A DNA stretch of 18,696 nt from Octopus sinensis (taxonomy: Eukaryota), in assembly GCF_006345805.1 (NCBI RefSeq), contig NW_021824961.1, positions 1-18,696 on the forward strand. Reading direction: 5' to 3'. Positions within the stretch are counted from its first letter, which is position 1. Every line of letters starts with the position of its first letter. Under the pieces are notes generated by a model. The model saw nothing but the letters and a program-made list of their open reading frames with translations. It was not told where the DNA came from and did not search any database. Shown here piece after piece: positions 8,836 through 18,696 of the stretch. The translations under genes and the position numbers were made by a program.

Positions 8836-11421
8836 TACTTGATTGATGCCACAATAGATACCATCAAGCAAAAGGTATCTTCTAAAGCTGCCCGCATAGC
8901 GAGGTATGAAAACGTGTTAGATTGTTCAAGGACAACATGTTCAAAAATAACCCAAAAATGTTTACTGGAAGATAGGGACAACACCAGTTACTGTAAAGTC
9001 TGTACCATCAAAAGACGAAGTACACGGTTTTTGGAATAAAATTTGGGCAGAACAAAAATCACACAACAAAAAAGCCCCTTGGATTTATAGAATAGCTACG
9101 GAATTGTACTCCTTAGAGGAGCAAAATTGGGAGGGTGTCAAGGTAGAAGATGTAAGATCTGCACTCAGGAGTTAAAGCAAATGGAAGTCTCCAGGAAAGG
9201 TTAAAATTCCTAACTTCTGGTTGAATGTCTTCCCAGAGAGCCATGAACTGCTAACAGAACAGTACAATGATATTTGGCAACACCCTAGTAGGATTCCTGC
9301 TACGCTAGCTAATGCTTTAACATTCTTGCTCCCAAAAAGTGAAGAAACAAATGAACCAAAAAACTATAGAACCATAACCTGCTTAACAACTAAGTATAAA
9401 ATGCTAACATATGTCCGGACGGAATATACCTATAGTTTTGTAATAGACAGCAGCATATTCCCTAATGATCAGAAAGGATGTAAACGTGGAATCTATGGTT
9501 GTAAAGATCAGCTACTCATCAATAAGATGATCTTAGAAGATTGTCACAAACGACACAAAAACTTGTCAATAGCCTGGATAGACTATAAAAAGGCTTTTGA
9601 TAGCCTACCACATAGCTGGATAAAGAAATGCCTAGAAATGTACAAAATAGCGCCTACTCTGCGAAACTTTATGTCCGTAAGTATGAGATCATGGAGAACC
9701 ACACTAAGTTTGAACAGTGACAATGAATCTCTAAATGCTGGTGATGTAAATATTTCATGTGGCATCTGCCAGGGTGACTCACTATCGCCACTCCTCTTTT
9801 GTTTACCCTTAATACCTCCTCAAAATTGCTCAATGACTCACAGTACGGATATAAAATGTTGGATAAAAATATAAATCATCTCATTTACATGGATGATTTA
9901 AAGCTATTTGCAAAAAATGGCCAACAACTCAAGGGCTTACGAGCGATTGTTAGACAATTCAGCGATGATATCAGAATGCAATTTGGCCTCGATAAATGTG
10001 CAAAAGCTACTTTTATCAAAGGAAAAATGACAGAAACATCTAACGTTTACCTCGACCAGCAGAATGTCATAAAAGAGTTAGACCCAGTGGAGAGCTACAA
10101 GTACCTAGGGGTGAAGAGATACAAGTACCTAGGGGTGGAGAGCTACAAGTACCTAGGGGTTGAGAGCTACAAGTACCTAGGGGTTGAGAGCTACAAGTAC
10201 CTAGGGGCTTTTACAACTGGCAATAACAATGAAGGTTGCTACAATTGTCATAGACACCTACCTGAAAAATTCTGAGGACTGGATGTTAAAATTTGTCTCA
10301 AAAAATGAAAACAAGAAAGCATCAAACTCAGTAACAAAACAGGCAAAGGAATATCTAAGTGAATTCCGAATACAACAAATTTCGGAATTAGAGATAGACA
10401 TACAAGAAACAGGCAGAGAAAAAGCTAAGCGCATGAAAACCCGTGCTAAATCTGCGGCCTTAGATATTCTGAATGATAAATGGCAAGAAAAACCTCTCTA
10501 TGGCAAATACCCAAAGAGAGTGAATAATGCAGATGTTGACAATGCCCTGAGCCACCAATGGCTAATGGCCTCTGGCTTAAAATCTGAAACAGAGGGGTTT
10601 ATCATAGCAGCTCAAGATCAATGCCTACCTACAAGAAACTACCAGGCCAACATATTAATGAACAGCTGTAGCCCAACATGTCGTGTATGTCAACGACAAA
10701 ATGAAACCATCGATCATGTTGTCTCCAAGTGTAGTCTTTTTGCGCCTACACAGTATCTCAACAGGCATGATAGAGTTGTACAATATATTCACTGGGTAAC
10801 TTGGAGAAGCCTGGACTTGGCCCATGATAAAAACTGGTGAGAACATAAACCAACTCTAGTGCTTGAAAATGACCACATCTCACTCCTCTGTAACTTCATC
10901 AATCAAGCTGACAGAAAGATAGATGCGAATAGGCCAGACATAATATTGAAAGACTTCAGACAAAGAACATGCCTCCTCATTGATATAACTGTCCCAATTG
11001 ATATAAATGTATCTGTCAAGTCCTACCAGAAACTGAGCAAATATAGAGATCTTGAAATAGAAATCAGCAAAATGTGGAACCTGAAGACTAAAACGATAAC
11101 TGTTGTCATAGGTGCCCTGGGAATGATAGCAAAAGGGGCTGATTGCTACATAACTCAGATATCAGAAAACCTCAAAATGGCAGAAATTCAAAAGATAGTG
11201 CACATGGGAACTGCTCATATCCTACGCAAAATTCTTTCTTTGTAATCTCAAGTTTTAAAACAAACATAATTTTCGTATGGTTTTTTTAGACATTCACTAA
11301 GTACAAAACCAAATATATGGCGCCCTAGGCCTAACACCAACATGAACTTCCAACTTGTCTCTTGAGGTCTCTGGGTGAGACTTGGAGCCCGCTTGTGAAA
11401 ATGTAAATCAAAAGTCAAATT
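8835..11421 (+). mobile_element. 5'-truncated, internally deleted R4/Dong-like retrotransposon (family A relative): RT + CCHC + RLE pseudogene
   Basis: IKQKVSSKAARIARYE, KWKSPG, NYRTITCL, QKGCKRGIYGCKDQLLIN, WIDYKKAFDS, GICQGDSLSPLLF, YMDD (9886-9897), FGLDKC, YKYLG; then CRVCQRQNETIDHVVSKC and NRPDIIL...LIDITVP...KLSKYRDL. Multiple stops and frameshifts. The 3' UTR shares GTCTCTTGAGGTCTCTGGGTGAGACTTGGA with units 1-3. Confidence 0.93.
10087..10206 (+). repeat. Five tandem 24-bp copies encoding (VES)YKYLG
   Basis: GT(G/T)GAGAGCTACAAGTACCTAGGG at 10087, 10111 (variant), 10135, 10159 and 10183. Confidence 0.97.
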
Positions 11422-11427
11422 TAATAA

Positions 11428-11459
<32 letters not shown>

Positions 11460-11491
11460 ATAATAATAATAATAATAATGATAATAATAAT
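11422..11491. repeat. (AAT)n tract with GAT interruptions
   Basis: Direct reading. Confidence 0.97.
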
Positions 11492-11638
11492 GTGTTGTAT
11501 TACATGAAGATATATCTCTACTTCCCCTCCCCAAGCTTTCAGCTATATTTCAACAACTCTTAACCTTCACTTGCCCTAGGGCGCTGGGTGTGCCCCGGCA
11601 GGTGATTGCATCAAACATGCAGATTAAAAGTAAATGAC
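11492..11638 (+). mobile_element. 147-bp island in (AAT)n, probable 3'-UTR-only stub of another R4/Dong-like family
   Basis: GGGCGCTGGGTGTGCCCCGG matches family A GGTCTCTGGGTGAGACTTGG at 14/20 positions at a similar distance from the end. The terminus AGATTAAAAGTAAATGAC resembles AAATCAAAAGTCAAATTT. (AAT)n on both sides. Confidence 0.45.
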
Positions 11639-14136
<2,498 letters not shown>

Positions 14137-17100
14137 GCAGTACTCTACCCAAAAAATGAAAATACAACAACACATACATATAAAATATGGAAGGATAATA
14201 AGAGAGATATAGACTTGGATACAGCAATGAACCCTAATAAATTGGCTAACGTACGAAGATATATTCTCAAAGCCAAAAAAATATCAGAAATAGAAATAGA
14301 ACATTTAAAAGAAAAAATACACCAAGAAAATGTAGATAGAAGCCACACAACAATGCCCAATAATATAAACACTGAAACTGTAAAACACGAAGACAAACGC
14401 AACATTCCCAACAAACACGATGTAAACAAGGAAGGGGAGCCTAATGATTATGATAATATAAAAAATAAAATAATCTTAGAACTGAAAACCACAGAGCCCA
14501 AAATGGACCACCGACCATACCTCCCAAGAATAAAAATAAACGAAATAACAACACCAATTATAAACAGCATAAACCTAGCCGTCACCGAACTAGCCACTGA
14601 AACAAAAAAAAGTGATATCACTGAACTAAATGACTTGATATACGCAGCAGCCACTGCAGCCACAAAATAAGCTGGATACTCACCCAAACCCGCCCAAACA
14701 GGAGTACCACCACCCAAACAAACCCTGTGGATAAATAACATCCAAAACAAAATAAAAAAAATTAGAAAAGACCTGTCGATTCTTAATGAAATCAGCAAAC
14801 AATCAACGCTACTGAGCAACAAAAAGAGAACAAAAATGCTCCGCAAATATAACATCACAGAAAAAGATTTGCCGGAGATAAAAGAAAAGCTGAAGCAAGA
14901 TATCCTTGCCAAAGCTCAAAGGATCCGCCAGTACGAGAAACGCCAACGCTTCTTTGAACAGAACAAAAAGTTCAACACCAACCCAAAAAGTTCTACCAAG
15001 ATCTGGGAAAAAATAAAATAGAAGTCACTGCAGCACCAAGGGCAGAAGAATTGGAAGAATTCTGGAGAGAAATATGGTCGGCGAATCGAACAGCCAAAAA
15101 AAAGGAGTATCAAAATAACAAACTCGGCATCTGAACAACTTTGGACCCCCATAACAACTGAAGAGGTCACCCAGGCACTGCAAAAACTAAGCAACTGGAA
15201 GGCACCTGGGCATGACAAGATCCCCAACTTCTGGTTGAAATATCTAACAGGAATGCACAAAAAGCTGGCTGAAAACTTTAACAGCATACTAGCAGAGCCA
15301 GAGACAATGCCTGAATGGCTCACGAAGGGGAAAACCATCTTAATTCCCAAATCAAATGAAACAGCAAAACCAGAAAACTACAGACCAATAACCTGCCTCC
15401 CTACTATGTTCAAGGCATTTACTGCAGTGATATCGCAAAGGCTGAACAAGCACCTGGACGAAAACAAACTGTTCCCAGAAGAGCAGAAAGGATGCCGCAA
15501 GGGCTCATATGGCTGTAAAGATCAACTAATGATTAATAAAGCCGTAACTGAAGACAGCCACAGAAAGAAGAAAGGCCTCAGTATGGCCTGGATTGACTAC
15601 AAAAAGGCGTTTGATAGCATCCCCCACACATGGATCCTCGAAACACTAGCCATTAACAAAGTAGCACCAACAATCATAAAATTCATAGAGCACTCTATGA
15701 ATAAATGGCAAACAGTGCTACACCTCCAAACAAAAGAGGGACTCATGAAAACCAAAGACATCCCCATCAGAAGAGGAATATTCCAGGGAGACACGCTCTC
15801 TCCACTACTTTTCTGCTTGGCACTGTCACCTCTATCTGATATGCTAAATAGAACTGGATGCGGATATAAATGTTACGGCAAAACGAACAGCCACCTTTTA
15901 TATATGGATGACCTAAAATTATACGCTGCAAATGACAAACAGCTGGAAACACTATTAAAGACAGTTCATGGATTTACCAAAGAAATAGATATGAAATTTG
16001 GATTAGAAAAATGCGCCAAAGTAACGATGAAAAGAGGAAAACTAGTTAAGAGTAACAACATTACACTAGATAAAACCAATGAAATAAAAGAATTAGACCA
16101 AAGCCAAACTTACAAATACTTAGGAATCCATGAACTAGATAAGACACAACACACACAAATGAAAGAGAAAATAAAAAAAGAATATTATAGACGAGTTAGA
16201 TCAATACTAAAAACAGAGCTCAATGCTAAAAACAAGATAATAGGTATCAACACTTTAGCTGTCCCAGTTATAAGTTACAGCTACAATATCCTTAACTGGA
16301 CACGAAATGAACTGTCCAAAATAGATAGGAAAACAAGAAAAATACTGACAGGATCTAGGATGCATCACCCAAAATCAGACCTAGAAAGACTATATATACA
16401 ACGTATAGAAGGTGGTAGAGGCCTTATACAGCTGGAAAACTACTATAAAATAACCACCATAGGACTGGAAAAATACCTACTTCACAAGGAAGGAAAACTG
16501 ATCCAGATAGCAGCAAAACACGAGCAAAACAAAAAACTGTTCTCAGTATTTAAGGAAGCTGACAAATACAAACAAGAAATCATACCACCTAATAAACACG
16601 AAGAAGAAGAAGAAGAAGATGATGAAGAAACAACAAAAGCTATAAAACAAATGAAATCCAAACTAAAAATAGAACAGCAACGAACCATGATAAAACGATG
16701 GCAAGAAAAGCCCCTTCATGGTAAATACTGCACTAAACTAAACGCAAAAGAATAGACAAAGAAAAATCCCAGCAATGGTTGAGAAGCTCAGGACTCAAAG
16801 CACAAACAGAGGGATTTTTAATTGCAGCACAAGACCAAAGCCTCCCCACCAGAAATTACCAAAAACATGTAATGAAAAGATATATTACAAGTAACTGCAG
16901 AATATGTGGAGATGGACAAGAAACAATAAATCATATTATCTCTAGCTGCCCAGTCCTGGCTAAGAAGGAATATATTCACAGACATGACAGAGTTGGAACC
17001 TACATACACTGGAAGCTATGCCAACATTATGGAATAACAACAGAAAAAAGTTGGTATAGGCACACACCAGAAAAGGTCACAGAAAACGAGAAAGCAACCA

Positions 17101-17464
17101 TACTCTGGGATATGCCGATACACACAGATAGAGAAATTAAGGCCAACAGACCAGATATAGTTGTCAGAGATCATGAAGAAAAAAATGCTTTCTAATTGAT
17201 GTATCAATACCGGCAGATGACAACGTGTCTCTAAAAGAAATGGAGAAACTCTCAAAATACAAAGACCTGGAAATAGAGGTAACCAGAATGTGGAATCTAA
17301 AAACAGAAACAATTCCTATCATAGTAGGTACATTAGGCATGATAAAAAAATATTCAGACAAATACATAACAAAAACACCAGGACTTACAAACACATATAA
17401 CATACAGAAAATTGCACTACTAGGCACTGCACACATCCTACGCAGAACACTTTCCATACAATAA
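14137..17464 (+). pseudogene. Interrupted RT-CCHC-RLE polyprotein of family B (~1100 codons)
   Basis: NWKAPGHDKIPNFWLK, NYRPITCLPTMFK, EQKGCRKGSYGCKDQLMIN, WIDYKKAFDSIPH, GIFQGDTLSPLLF, YMDD (15901-15912), FGLEKC, YKYLG, RLYIQRIEGGRGL, CRICGDGQETINHIISSC, RHD, KANRPDIVV, LIDVSIP, KLSKYKDL. Lesions: TAA at 14668-14670, shifts near 14987, ~15090, ~16751 and ~17182. Confidence 0.92.
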
Positions 17465-17558
17465 CCATCAGAGCATCACAACAAATCACAGCACATACCC
17501 AAGGCACACAGAGCTGCGCTCGGTAGTGAAGTGAAAGCACGCTATAAAAATAAAACTA

Positions 17559-17561
<3 letters not shown>
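14137..17561 (+). mobile_element. Near full-length R4/Dong-like RLE non-LTR retrotransposon (family B)
   Basis: One interrupted ORF (14137-17464) with N-terminal YKIWKD...LANVRRYILK...SEIEIEHLK, RT, CCHC and RLE domains, a ~100-nt 3' UTR and (AAT)n on both sides. No 5' UTR is visible because the frame abuts the repeat. Confidence 0.95.
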
Positions 17562-17637
<76 letters not shown>

Positions 17638-17662
17638 GTAATAATAATAAATAATAATAAAT
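17562..17662. repeat. (AAT)n tract
   Basis: Direct reading. Confidence 0.98.
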
Positions 17663-18216
17663 GCCCTGATGCAGTACCAAGCAATGGCTCTCATGGCTTC
17701 TGATCTTAACTGATTGGAAGTGTTATCATGTACATTGTTTTGTCTTGGTATAAAAGATGGGCTACAGCAAATATTCTGCTCAATACCACAGATTTGCTTG
17801 TCAGTTGTTTGACCTTAACCAGTTGAGCATGTCCCTTAGGTGCTGACGATATCTGCATCTCTGATCACGAGCAGAATTACTGGGGTAGCATCATAACCAT
17901 GTATTGAGAGGAATTCTTTGGGGTTTGAATAGTTCACCTCTGGAAACATGGGTGGTTCTTGCAACATCCTTAAACAACCCTTATTCAGGGACCGTTTGAG
18001 CGGGATGGGTTACTCAACCTGAAGAAAATTCTAACTGGGCCCCTCCTGCAAGGTCATGTGCTGTTTATCTTGATATGAGATCACCATGTCGCGCACATAT
18101 GGTTGTGATGCATGTGCCTGGTGTACCTTTATCAGACGGGTAGTCATGATGGGTATACTGGGTTTCGTATATTTTACCCCAGTGTCACTTTGATGGCATG
18201 AACTGCTCTCTCAGTC
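17663..18216. mobile_element. Unclassified 554-bp non-coding element embedded in (AAT)n (putative non-autonomous retroelement)
   Basis: Sharp boundaries with (AAT)n on both sides; more GC-rich than the flanks; no ORF in the track; no tRNA A/B boxes or terminal inverted repeats seen. Confidence 0.5.
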
Positions 18217-18363
<147 letters not shown>

Positions 18364-18574
18364 CATCATGGACGTGTAACAGCCTATGAAAATAGTTCAG
18401 ATCTTAAACCACCACGAAGCTGGTGTTAAAAATCGGCCCAAAAATGAAAGAAAAGTACAGGAAACCGAAAGAGTTCTCTTCACATATACAGAATACAAAC
18501 GGTGACCCGACCCGCCAAAACGGAACCCATAAAAATTGTATTAAACCATACAAAGGTCCAGCAAATTTCGCGAT

Positions 18575-18696
18575 AGATCGAGATGAACAGTAGTTCCAGC
18601 AAGACGGGGCCACCCACCTCCTCACGCTTCAAATGGCTCCCAAGCCTGGATGAGTGAGCGATTTCAGGGGAGACTGATCGGCAGGAAGTGTGACGT
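18575..18696 (+). pseudogene. Tc1/mariner-superfamily transposase remnant (second catalytic Asp region), running off the window edge
   Basis: Q*FQQDGAT at 18588-18614 (TAG replacing TGG). After a frameshift it reads ASNGSQAWMSERFQGRLIGRKCD, matching the WFQQDGAxxH...W...F..RLI....W pattern of Tc1/mariner DDD/E transposases. Confidence 0.65.

Noticed and set aside
10087-10206. CRISPR-like array
   Set aside because: The 24-bp units are contiguous with no unique spacers, derive from the RT coding sequence, and sit in a eukaryotic context with no cas genes.
14145-17457. Minus-strand ORFs overlapping the retrotransposons (also 4916-5200, 5313-5504 and their duplicates)
   Set aside because: Antisense shadows of A-rich coding sequence with no recognisable domains.

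Overview
AT-rich, repeat-dense eukaryotic DNA with no recognisable host gene. The tRNA-derived SINEs and abundant (TA)n/(CA)n/(TAA)n tracts resemble cephalopod (Octopus-like) genomes, which is an inference. The core of the window (about 3.5-18.4 kb) is a (TAA)n microsatellite field colonised by restriction-like-endonuclease (RLE) non-LTR retrotransposons of the R4/Dong type, all on the + strand. These comprise a degraded 3' fragment (4030-4650), three near-identical tandem 1.2-kb 3' fragments (4885-8738), a 2.6-kb internally deleted relative with a 5x 24-bp stutter of the RT YKYLG motif (8835-11421), a probable 3'-UTR-only stub (11492-11638) and a near full-length 3.4-kb copy of a different family (14137-17561). 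Also present: two tRNA-head SINEs plus a SINE head fragment (all - strand), an unclassified 554-bp element inside (TAA)n, a ~585-bp spacer-less near-perfect palindrome, a decayed gag-like ORF1 with a CCHC knuckle at the left edge and a Tc1/mariner transposase remnant at the right edge. Most ORFs in the supplied track are microsatellite or antisense artefacts. Family names come from recognised motifs, not from database searches.
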